A DNA stretch of 64,000 bases from Auanema rhodensis (Eukaryota > Animalia > Nematoda): positions 1,860,001 to 1,924,000 of the forward strand of contig OZ059900.1 in NCBI GenBank assembly GCA_964057225.1. The letters run 5' to 3'. Below the pieces are notes generated by a model that saw nothing but the letters and a program-made list of their open reading frames with translations, was not told the origin of the DNA and searched no databases. How positions within the stretch are numbered: the first letter of the stretch is position 1; each line of letters starts with the position of its first letter. Positions 43,686-57,300 of this stretch are shown here, in pieces. Position numbers and translations under genes: made by a program.

Positions 43686-44172
43686 GAAAGAATTTTTGAA
43701 ATTTCCGAGTTTTGAGTCCAATTTGGCTAAATCGCTCATATATATGATCAAAAGCATAGTTCTATTGTCTATAACAACAAAAGTCTTTAATTAAACGCTA
43801 GTGATGTTTTAATACTGAATTTTGCTCAAATAGCATTACTACACTAAGTATGGTCGTTTTTATGCCTTTAACACCATATACTCACCGACTTTGGTACAAA
43901 ATCTGTAATACTTGTAAATTTTGATCATATTCGTTAAGATTTGAGAATCAAACACACAATACACAAAATCAGTCAATTTTTATGAGCTTGCACTGATATA
44001 TATTCATTTTGATCAAAAAAGGTCGAAAATAGAAAGAATTTTTGAAATTTCCGAGTTTTGAGTCCAATTTGGCTAAATCGCTCATATATATGATCAAAAG
44101 CATAGTTCTATTGTCTATAACAACAAAAGTCTTTAATTAAACGCTAGTGATGTTTTAATACTGAATTTTGCT

Positions 44173-47100
44173 CAAATAGCATTACTACACTAAGTATGGT
44201 CGTTTTTATGCCTTTAACACCATATACTCACCGATTTTTGGTACAAAATCTGTAATACTTGTAAATTTTGATCATATTCGTTAAGATTCGAAAATCAAAC
44301 ACACAATACACGAAATAAGTTTATTTTTACAAGTTTGCACTGATATTTATTCATTTTGATCAAAAAAGGTCGAAAATAGAAAGAATTTTTGAAATTTCCG
44401 AGTTTTGAGTCTAATTTGGCTAAATCGCTCATATATATGATCAAAAGCATAGTTTTATTGTCTATGACAACAAAAGTCATCAATTAAACGCTAGTGATGT
44501 TTAAATACTGAATTTCGCTCAAATAGCATTACTACACTAAGTATGGTCGTTTTTATGCCTTTAACACCATATACTCACCGATTTTTGGTACAAAATCTGT
44601 AATACTCGTAAATTTTGATCATATTCGTTAAGATTTGAGAATCAAACATACAATACACAAAATCAGTCTATTTTTATGAGCTTGCACTGATATATATTCA
44701 TTTTGATCAAAAAAGGTCGAAAATAGAAAGAATTTTTGAAATTTACGAGTTTTGAGTCTAATTTGGCTAAATCGCTCATATATATGATCAGAAGCATAGT
44801 TTTATTGTCTATGACAACGAAAGTCATTAATTAAACACTAATGATGTTTAAATAACTAAATTTCGCTCAAATAGCATTACTACACTAAGTATGGTCGTTT
44901 TTATGCCTTTAACACCATATACTCACCGATTTTTGGTACAAAATCTGTAATACTCGTAAATTTTGATCATATTCGTTAAGATTTGAGAATCAAACATACA
45001 ATACACAAAATCAGTCTATTTTTATGAGCTTGCACTGATATATATTCATTTTGATCAAAAAAGGTCGAAAATAGAAAGAATTTTTGAATTTTCCGAGTTT
45101 TGAGTCCAATTGGGCTAAATCGCTCATATATATGATCAAAAGCATAGTTTTACTGTCTATGATAACAAAAGTCTTCAAATATACACTAATAATGATTAAA
45201 TCACTGAATTTCACTCAAATAGCATTACTACACTAAGTATGGTCGTTTTTATGCCTTTAACACCATATACTCACCGATTTTTGGTACAAAATCTGTGATA
45301 CTCGTAAATTTTGATCATATTCGTTAAGATTCGAAAATCAAACACACAATACACGAAATAAGTTTATTTTTACAAGTTTGCACTGATATTTATTCATTTT
45401 GATCAAAAAAGGTCGAAAATAGAAAGAATTTTTGAAATTTCCGAGTTTTGAGTCTAATTTGGCTAAATCGCTCATATATATGATCAAAAGCATAGTTTTA
45501 TTGTCTATGACAACAAAAGTCATCAATTAAACGCTAGTGATGTTTAAATACTGAATTTCGCTCAAATAGCATTACTACACTAAGTATGGTCGTTTTTATG
45601 CCTTTAACACCATATACTCACCGATTTTTGGTACAAAATCTGTAATACTTGTAAATTTTGATCATATTCGTTAAGATTCGAAAATCAAACACACAATACA
45701 CGAAATAAGTTTATTTTTACAAGTTTGCACTGATATTTATTCATTTTGATCAAAAAAGGTCGAAAATAGAAAGAATTTTTGAAATTTCCGAGTTTTGAGT
45801 CTAATTTGGCTAAATCGCTCATATATATGATCAAAAGCATAGTTTTATTGTCTATGACAACAAAAGTCATCAATTAAACGCTAGTGATGTTTAAATACTG
45901 AATTTCGCTCAAATAGCATTACTACACTAAGTATGGTCGTTTTTATGCCTTTAACACCATATACTCACCGATTTTTGGTACAAAATCTGTAATACTCGTA
46001 AATTTTGATCATATTCGTTAAGATTTGAGAATCAAACATACAATACACAAAATCAGTCTATTTTTATGAGCTTGCACTGATATATATTCATTTTGATCAA
46101 AAAAGGTCGAAAATAGAAAGAATTTTTGAAATTTACGAGTTTTGAGTCTAATTTGGCTAAATCGCTCATATATATGATCAGAAGCATAGTTTTATTGTCT
46201 ATGACAACGAAAGTCATTAATTAAACGCTAATGATGTTTAAATAACTAAATTTCGCTCAAATAGCATTACTACACTAAGTATGGTCGTTTTTATGCCTTT
46301 AACACCATATACTCACCGATTTTTGGTACAAAATCTGTAATACTTGTAAATTTTGATCATATTCGTTAAGATTCGAAAATCAAACACACAATACACGAAA
46401 TAAGTTTATTTTTACAAGTTTGCACTGATATTTATTCATTTTGATCAAAAAAGGTCGAAAATAGAAAGAATTTTTGAAATTTCCGAGTTTTGAGTCTAAT
46501 TTGGCTAAATCGCTCATATATATGATCAAAAGCATAGTTTTATTGTCTATGACAACAAAAGTCATCAATTAAACGCTAGTGATGTTTAAATACTGAATTT
46601 CGCTCAAATAGCATTACTACACTAAGTATGGTCGTTTTTATGCCTTTAACACCATATACTCACCGATTTTTGGTACAAAATCTGTAATACTCGTAAATTT
46701 TGATCATATTCGTTAAGATTTGAGAATCAAACATACAATACACAAAATCAGTCTATTTTTATGAGCTTGCACTGATATATATTCATTTTGATCAAAAAAG
46801 GTCGAAAATAGAAAGAATTTTTGAAATTTACGAGTTTTGAGTCTAATTTGGCTAAATCGCTCATATATATGATCAGAAGCATAGTTTTATTGTCTATGAC
46901 AACGAAAGTCATTAATTAAACACTAATGATGTTTAAATAACTAAATTTCGCTCAAATAGCATTACTACACTAAGTATGGTCGTTTTTATGCCTTTAACAC
47001 CATATACTCACCGATTTTTGGTACAAAATCTGTAATACTCGTAAATTTTGATCATATTCGTTAAGATTTGAGAATCAAACATACAATACACAAAATCAGT

Positions 47101-48342
47101 CTATTTTTATGAGCTTGCACTGATATATATTCATTTTGATCAAAAAAGGTCGAAAATAGAAAGAATTTTTGAATTTTCCGAGTTTTGAGTCCAATTGGGC
47201 TAAATCGCTCATATATATGATCAAAAGCATAGTTTTACTGTCTATGATAACAAAAGTCTTCAAATATACACTAATAATGATTAAATCACTGAATTTCACT
47301 CAAATAGCATTACTACACTAAGTATGGTCGTTTTTATGCCTTTAACACCATATACTCACCGATTTTTGGTACAAAATCTGTGATACTCGTAAATTTTGAT
47401 CATATTCGTTAAGATTCGAAAATCAAACACACAATACACGAAATAAGTTTATTTTTACAAGTTTGCACTGATATTTATTCATTTTGATCAAAAAAGGTCG
47501 AAAATAGAAAGAATTTTTGAAATTTCCGAGTTTTGAGTCTAATTTGGCTAAATCGCTCATATATATGATCAAAAGCATAGTTTTATTGTCTATGACAACA
47601 AAAGTCATCAATTAAACGCTAGTGATGTTTAAATACTGAATTTCGCTCAAATAGCATTACTACACTAAGTATGGTCGTTTTTATGCCTTTAACACCATAT
47701 ACTCACCGATTTTTGGTACAAAATCTGTAATACTTGTAAATTTTGATCATATTCGTTAAGATTCGAAAATCAAACACACAATACACGAAATAAGTTTATT
47801 TTTACAAGTTTGCACTGATATTTATTCATTTTGATCAAAAAAGGTCGAAAATAGAAAGAATTTTTGAAATTTCCGAGTTTTGAGTCTAATTTGGCTAAAT
47901 CGCTCATATATATGATCAAAAGCATAGTTTTATTGTCTATGACAACAAAAGTCATCAATTAAACGCTAGTGATGTTTAAATACTGAATTTCGCTCAAATA
48001 GCATTACTACACTAAGTATGGTCGTTTTTATGCCTTTAACACCATATACTCACCGATTTTTGGTACAAAATCTGTAATACTCGTAAATTTTGATCATATT
48101 CGTTAAGATTTGAGAATCAAACATACAATACACAAAATCAGTCTATTTTTATGAGCTTGCACTGATATATATTCATTTTGATCAAAAAAGGTCGAAAATA
48201 GAAAGAATTTTTGAAATTTACGAGTTTTGAGTCTAATTTGGCTAAATCGCTCATATATATGATCAGAAGCATAGTTTTATTGTCTATGACAACGAAAGTC
48301 ATTAATTAAACACTAATGATGTTTAAATAACTAAATTTCGCT
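44173..48342. repeat. Tandem duplication of a 6-monomer (2085 bp) block
   Basis: ORF pairs 44295/46380, 45011/47096, 45338/47423, 45685/47770. Confidence 0.88.
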
Positions 48343-51300
48343 CAAATAGCATTACTACACTAAGTATGGTCGTTTTTATGCCTTTAACACCATATACTCA
48401 CCGATTTTTGGTACAAAATCTGTAATACTCGTAAATTTTGATCATATTCGGTGAGATTCGAGAATCAAACACACAATACACGAAATAAGTTTATTTTGAC
48501 GAGTTTGCACTGATATTTATTCATTTTGATCAAAAAAGGTCGAAAATAGAAAGAATTTTTGAAATTTCCGAGTTTTGAGTCTAATTTGGCTAAATCGCTC
48601 ATATATATGATCAAAAGCATAGTTTTATTGTCTATGACAACAAAAGTCATCAATTAAACGCTAGTGATGTTTAAATACTGAATTTCGCTCAAATAGCATT
48701 ACTACACTAAGTATGGTCGTTTTTATGCCTTTAACACCATATACTCACCGATTTTTGGTACAAAATCTGTAATACTCGTAAATTTTGATCATATTCGTTA
48801 AGATTTGAGAATCAAACATACAATACACAAAATCAGTCTATTTTTATGAGCTTGCACTGATATATATTCATTTTGATCAAAAAAGGTCGAAAATAGAAAG
48901 AATTTTTGAAATTTACGAGTTTTGAGTCTAATTTGGCTAAATCGCTCATATATATGATCAGAAGCATAGTTTTATTGTCTATGACAACGAAAGTCATTAA
49001 TTAAACACTAATGATGTTTAAATAACTAAATTTCGCTCAAATAGCATTACTACACTAAGTATGGTCGTTTTTATGCCTTTAACACCATATACTCACCGAT
49101 TTTTGGTACAAAATCTGTAATACTCGTAAATTTTGATCATATTCGGTGAGATTCGAGAATCAAACACACAATACACGAAATAAGTTTATTTTGACGAGTT
49201 TGCACTGATATTTATTCATTTTGATCAAAAAAGGTCGAAAATAGAAAGAATTTTTGAATTTTCCGAGTTTTGAGTCCAATTGGGCTAAATCGCTCATATA
49301 TATGATCAAAAGCATAGTTTTACTGTCTATGATAACAAAAGTCTTCAAATATACACTAATAATGTGTAAATCACTGAATTTCACTCAAATAGCTTTACTA
49401 CACTAAGTATGGTCGTTTTTATGCCTTTAACACCATATACTCAACGATTTTTGGTACAAAATCTGTAATACTCGTAAATTTTGATCATATTCGTTAAGAT
49501 TTGAGAATCAAACATACAATACACAAAATCAGTCTATTTTTATGAGCTTGCACTGATATATATTCATTTTGATCAAAAAAGGTCGAAAATAGAAAGAATT
49601 TTTGAAATTTCCGAGTTTTGAGTCTAATTTGGCTAAATCGCTCATATACATGATCAGAAGCATAGTTTTATTGTCTATGACAACAAAAGTCATCAATTAA
49701 ACGCTAGTGATGTTTAAATACTGATTTTCGCTCAAATAGCATTACTACACTAAGTATGGTCGTTTTTATGCCTTTAACACCATATACTCACCGATTTTTG
49801 GTACAAAATCTGTAATACTCGTAAATTTTGATCATATTCGTTAAGATTTGAAAATCAAACACACAATAAACAAAATCAGTCTATTTTTATGAGTTTGCAC
49901 TGATATATATTCATTTTGATCAAAAAAGGTCGAAAATAGAAAGAATTTTTGAATTTTCCGAGTTTTGAGTCCAATTGGGCTAAATCGCTCATATATATGA
50001 TCAAAAGCATAGTTTTACTGTCTATGATAACAAAAGTCTTCAAATATACACTAATAATGATTAAATCACTGAATTTCACTCAAATAGCATTACTACACTA
50101 AGTATGGTCGTTTTTATGCCTTTAACACCATATACTCACCGATTTTTGGTACAAAATCTGTGATACTCGTAAATTTTGATCATATTCGTTAAGATTTGAA
50201 AATCAAACACACAATAAACAAAATCAGTCTATTTTTATGAGTTTGCACTGATATATATTCATTTTGATCAAAAAAGGTCGAAAATAGAAAGAATTTTTGA
50301 ATTTTCCGAGTTTTGAGTCCAATTGGGCTAAATCGCTCATATATATGATCAAAAGCATAGTTTTACTGTCTATGATAACAAAAGTCTTCAAATATACACT
50401 AATAATGATTAAATCACTGAATTTCACTCAAATAGCATTACTACACTAAGTATGGTCGTTTTTATGCCTTTAACACCATATACTCACCGATTTTTGGTAC
50501 AAAATCTGTGATACTCGTAAATTTTGATCATATTCGTTAAGATTTGAGAATCAAACATACAATACACAAAATCAGTCTATTTTTATGAGCTTGCACTGAT
50601 ATATATTCATTTTGATCAAAAAAGGTCGAAAATAGAAAGAATTTTTGAAATTTCCGAGTTTTGAGTCTAATTTGGCTAAATCGCTCATATATATGATCAA
50701 AAGCATAGTTTTACTGTCTATGATAACAAAAGTCTTCAAATATACACTAATAATGATTAAATCACTGATTTTCAGTCAAATAGCATTACTACACTAAGTA
50801 TGGTCGTTTTTATGCCTTTAACACCATATACTCACCGATTTTTGGTACAAAATCTGTAATACTTGTAAATTTTGATCATATTTGTTAAGATTCGAGAATC
50901 AAACACATAATACACGAAATAAGTCTATTTTTACAAGTTTGCACTGATATTTATTCATTTTGATCAAAAAAGGTCGAAAATAGAAAGAATTTTTGAAATT
51001 TCCGAGTTTTGAGTCCAATTTGGCTAAATCGCTCATATATAAGATCAAAAGCATAGTTTTATTGTCTATAACAACAAAAGTCATCAATTAAACGCTAGTG
51101 ATATTTAAATACTGATTTTCGCTCAAGTAGCATTACTACACTAAGTATGGTCGTTTTTATGCCTATAACACCATATACTCACCGATTTTTGGTACAAAAT
51201 CTGTAATACTTGTAAATTTTGATCATATTCGTTAAGATTTGAGAATCGAACATACAATACACAAAATCAGTCTATTTTTACAAGTTTGCACTGATATTTA

Positions 51301-54300
51301 TTCATTTTGATCAAAAAAGGTCGAAAATAGAAAGAATTTTTGAAATTTCCGAGTTTTGAGTCCAATTTGGCTAAATCGCTCATATATATGATCAAAAGCA
51401 TAGTTTTATTGTCTATGACAACAAAAGTCATCAATTAAACGCTAGTGATATTTAAATACTGATTTTCGCTCAAGTAGCATTACTACACTAAGTATGGTCG
51501 TTTTTATGCCTTTAACACCATATACTCACCGATTTTTGGTACAAAATCTGTAATACTTGTAAATTTTGATCATATTTGTTAAGATTCGAGAATCAAACAA
51601 ACAATACACAAAATCAGTCTATTTTTATGAGCTTGCACTGATATATATTCATTTTGATCAAAAAAGGTCGAAAATAGAAAGAATTTTTGAAATTTCCGAG
51701 TTTTGAGTCTAATTTGGCTAAATCGCTCATATATATGATCAAAAGCATAGTTTTATTGTCTATGACAACAAAAGTCATCAATTAAACGCTAGTGATGTTT
51801 AAATACTGAATTTCGCTCAAATAGCATTACTACACTAAGTATGGTCGTTTTTATGCCTTTAACACCATATACTCACCGATTTTTGGTACAAAATCTGTAA
51901 TACTTGTAAATTTTGATCATATTTGTTAAGATTCGAGAATCAAACACATAATACACGAAATAAGTCTATTTTTACAAGTTTGCACTGATATTTATTCATT
52001 TTGATCAAAAAAGGTCGAAAATAGAAAGAATTTTTGAAATTTCCGAGTTTTGAGTCTAATTTGGCTAAATCGCTCATATATAAGATCAGAAGCATAGTTT
52101 TATTGTCTATGACAACAAAAATCATCAATTAAACGCTAGTGATGTTTAAATACTGATTTTCGCTCAAATAGCATTACTACACTAAGTATGGTCGTTTTTA
52201 TGCCTTTAACACCATATACTCACCGATTTTTGGTACAAAATCTGTAATACTCGTAAATTTTGATCATATTCGTTAAGATTTGAGAATCAAACATACAATA
52301 CACAAAATCAGTCTATTTTTATGAGCTTGCACTGATATATATTCATTTTGATCAAAAAAGGTCGAAAATAGAAAGAATTTTTGAAATTTCCGAGTTTTGA
52401 GTCTAATTTGGCTAAATCGCTCATATATATGATCAAAAGCATAGTTTTACTGTCTATGATAACAAAAGTTTTCAAATATACACTAATAATGTGTAAATCA
52501 CTGAATTTCACTCAAATAGCTTTACTACACTAAGTATGGTCGTTTTTATGCCTTTAACACCATATACTCAACGATTTTTGGTACAAAATCTGTAATACTC
52601 GTAAATTTTGATCATATTCGTTAAGATTTGAGAATCAAACATACAATACACAAAATCAGTCTATTTTTATGAGCTTGCACTGATATATATTCATTTTGAT
52701 CAAAAAAGGTCAAAAATAGAAAGAATTTTTGAAATTTCCGAGTTTTGAGTCTAATTTGGCTAAATCGCTCATATATATGATCAGAAGCATAGGTGTATTG
52801 TCTATGATAACAAAAGTCTTCAAATATACACTAATAATGATTAAATCACTGAATTTCACTCAAATAGCATTACTACACTAAGTATGGTCGTTTTTATGCC
52901 TTTAACACCATATACTCACCGATTTTTGGTACAAAATCTGTGATACTCGTAAATTTTGATCATATTCGTTAAGATTTGAAAATCAAACACACAATAAACA
53001 AAATCAGTCTATTTTTATGAGTTTGCACTGATATATATTCATTTTGATCAAAAAAGGTCGAAAATAGAAAGAATTTTTGAAATTTCCGAGTTTTGAGTCT
53101 AATTTGGCTAAATCGCTCATATATAAGATCAAAAGCATAGTTTTACTGTCTATGATAACAAAAGTCTTCAAATTTACACTAATAATGTGTAAATCACTGA
53201 ATTTCACTCAAATAGCTTTACTACACTAAGTATGGTCGTTTTTATGCCTTTAACACCATATACTCACCGATTTTTGGTACAAAATCTGTAATACTCGTAA
53301 AATTTGATCATATTTGTTAAGATTCGAGAATCAAACACATAATACACGAAATAAGTCTATTTTTACAAGTTTGCACTGATATTTATTCATTTTGATCAAA
53401 AAAGGTCGAAAATAGAAAGAATTTTTGAATTTTCCGAGTTTTGAGTCCAATTGGGCTAAATCGCTCATATATATGATCAAAAGCATAGTTTTACTGTCTA
53501 TGATAACAAAAGTCTTCAAATATACACTAGTAATGATTAAATCACTGAATTTCACTCAAATAGCATTACTACACTAAGTATGGTCGTTTTTATGCCTTTA
53601 ACACCATATACTCACCGATTTTTGGTACAAAATCTGTAATACTTGTAAATTTTGATCATATTTGTTAAGATTCGAGAATCAAACACATAATACACGAAAT
53701 AAGTCTAATTTTACAAGTTTGCACTGATATTTATTCATTTTGATCAAAAAAAGGTCGAAAATAGAAAAATTTTTTGAAATTTCCGAGTTTTGAGTCCAAT
53801 TTGGCTAAATCGCTCATATATAAGATCAAAAGCATAGTTTTATTGTCTATAACAACAAAAGTCATCAATTAAACGCTAGTGATATTTAAATACTGATTTT
53901 CGCTCAAGTAGCATTACTACACTAAGTATGGTCGTTTTTATGCCTTTAACACCATATACTCACCGATTTTTGGTACAAAATCTGTAATACTTGTAAATTT
54001 TGATCATATTCGTTAAGATTTGAGAATCGAACATACAATACACAAAATCAGTCTATTTTTATGAGCTTGCACTGATTTATATTCATTTTGATCAAAAAAG
54101 GTCGAAAATAGAAAGAATTTTTGAAATTTCCGAGTTTTGAGTCTAATTTGGCTAAATCGCTCATATATATGATCAGAAGCATAGTTTTAATGTCTATGAC
54201 AACAAAAATCATCAATTAAACGCTAGTGATGTTTAAATACTGATTTTCGCTCAAATAGCATTACTACACTAAGTATGGTCGTTTTTATGCCTTTAACACC

Positions 54301-57300
54301 ATATACTCACCGATTTTTGGTACAAAATCTGTAATACTCGTAAAATTTGATCATATTTGTTAAGATTTGAGAATCAAACACACAATACACAAAATCAGTC
54401 TATTTTTATGAGTTTACACTGATATATATTCATTTTCATCAAAAAAGGTCGAAAATAGAAAGAATTTTTGAATTTTCCGAGTTTTGAGTCGAATTGGGCT
54501 AAATCGCTCATATATATGATCAAAAGCATAGTTTTACTGTCTATGATAACAAAAGTCTTCAAATATACACTAATAATGATTAAATCACTGAATTTCACTC
54601 AAATAGCATTACTACACTAAGTATGGTCGTTTTTATGCCTTTAACACCATATACTCACCGATTTTTGGTACAAAATCTGTAATACTTGTAAATTTTGATC
54701 ATATTTGTTAAGATTCGGGAATCAAACACATAATACACAAAATAAGTCTATTTTTACAAGTTTGCACTGATATTTATTCATTTTGATCAAAAAAGGTCGA
54801 AAATAGAAAGAATTTTTGAAATTTCCGAGTTTTGAGTCCAATTTGGCTAAATCGCTCATATATATGATCAAAAGCATAGTGTTATTGTCTATAACAACAA
54901 AAGTCATCAATTAAACGCTAGTGATGTTTAAATACTGAATTTCGCTCAAATAGCATTACTACACTAAGTATGGTCGTTTTTATGCCTTTAACACCATATA
55001 CTCACCGATTTTTGGTACAAAATCTGTAATACTCGTAAATTTTGATCATATTCGTTAAGATTTGAGAATCAAACATACAATACACAAAATCAGTCTATTT
55101 TTATGAGCTTGCACTGATATATATTCATTTTGATCAAAAAAGGTCGAAAATAGAAAGAATTTTTGAAATTTCCGAGTTTTGAGTCTAATTTGGCTAAATC
55201 GCTCATATATATGATCAAAAGCATAGTTTTATTGTCTATGACAACAAAAGTCATCAATTAAATGCTAGTGATGTTTAAATACTGAATTTCGCTCAAATAG
55301 CATTACTACACTAAGTATGGTCGTTTTTATGCCTTTAACACCATATACTCACCGATTTTTGGTACAAAATCTGTAATACTCGTAAATTTTGATCATATTC
55401 GGTGAGATTCGAGAATCAAACACACAATACACGAAATAAGTTTATTTTGACGAGTTTGCACTGGTATTTATTCATTTTGATCAAAAAAGGTCGAAAATAG
55501 AAAGAATTTTTGAATTTTCCGAGTTTTGAGTCCAATTGGGCTAAATCGCTCATATATATGATCAAAAGCATAGTTTTACTGTCTATGATAACAAAAGTCT
55601 TCAAATATACACTAATAATGTGTAAATCACTGAATTTCACTCAAATAGCTTTACTACACTAAGTATGGTCGTTTTTATGCCTTTAACACCATATACTCAC
55701 CGATTTTTGGTACAAAATCTGTAATACTCGTAAATTTCGATCATATTCGTTAAGATTCGAGAATCAAACACACAATACACGAAATAAGTTCATTTTTACG
55801 AGTTTGCCCTGATATTTATTCATTTTGATCAAAAAAGGTCGAAAATAGAAAGAATTTTTGAATTTTCCGAGTTTTGAGTCCAATTGGGCTAAATCGCTCA
55901 TATATATGATCAAAAGCATAGTTTCACTGTCTATGATAACAAAAGTCTTCAAATATACACTAGTAATGATTAAATCACTGAATTTCACTCAAATAGCATT
56001 ACTACACTAAGTATGGTCGTTTTTATGCCTTTAACACCATATACTCACCGATTTTTGGTACAAAATCTGTAATACTTGTAAATTTTGATCATATTTGTTA
56101 AGATTCGAGAATCAAACACATAATACACGAAATAAGTCTATTTTTACAAGTTTGCACTGATATTTATTCATTTTGATGAAAAAAAGGTCGAAAATAGAAA
56201 AAATTTTTGAAATTTCCGAGTTTTGAGTCCAATTTGGCTAAATCGCTCATATATAAAATCAAAAGCATAGTTTTATTGTCTATAACAACAAAAGTCATCA
56301 ATTAAACGCTAGTGATAATTAAATACTGATTTTCGCTCAAGTAGCATTACTACACTAAGTATGGTCGTTTTTATGCCTTTAACACCATATACTCACCGAT
56401 TTTTGGTACAAAATCTGTAATACTCGTAAAATTTGATCATATTTGTTAAGATTTGAGAATCAAACACACAATACACAAAATCAGTCTATTTTTATGAGTT
56501 TACACTGATATATATTCATTTTCATCAAAAAAGGTCGAAAATAGAAAGAATTTTTGAATTTTCCGAGTTTTGAGTCGAATTGGGCTAAATCGCTCATATA
56601 TATGATCAAAAGCATAGTTTTACTGTCTATGATAACAAAAGTCTTCAAATATACACTAATAATGATTAAATCACTGAATTTCACTCAAATAGCATTACTA
56701 CACTAAGTATGGTCGTTTTTATGCCTTTAACACCATATACTCACCGATTTTTGGTACAAAATCTGTAATACTTGTAAATTTTGATCATATTTGTTAAGAT
56801 TCGAGAATCAAACACATAATACACAAAATAAGTCTATTTTTACAAGTTTGCACTGATATTTATTCATTTTGATCAAAAAAGGTCGAAAATAGAAAGAATT
56901 TTTGAAATTTCCGAGTTTTGAGTCCAATTTGGCTAAATCGCTCATATATATGATCAAAAGCATAGTTTTATTGTCTATAACAACAAAAGTCATCAATTAA
57001 ACGCTAGTGATGTTTAAATACTGAATTTCGCTCAAATAGCATTACTACACTAAGTATGGTCGTTTTTATGCCTTTAACACCATATACTCACCGATTTTTG
57101 GTACAAAATCTGTAATACTCGTAAATTTTGATCATATTCGTTAAGATTTGAGAATCAAACATACAATACACAAAATCAGTCTATTTTTATGAGCTTGCAC
57201 TGATATATATTCATTTTGATCAAAAAAGGTCGAAAATAGAAAGAATTTTTGAAATTTCCGAGTTTTGAGTCTAATTTGGCTAAATCGCTCATATATATGA

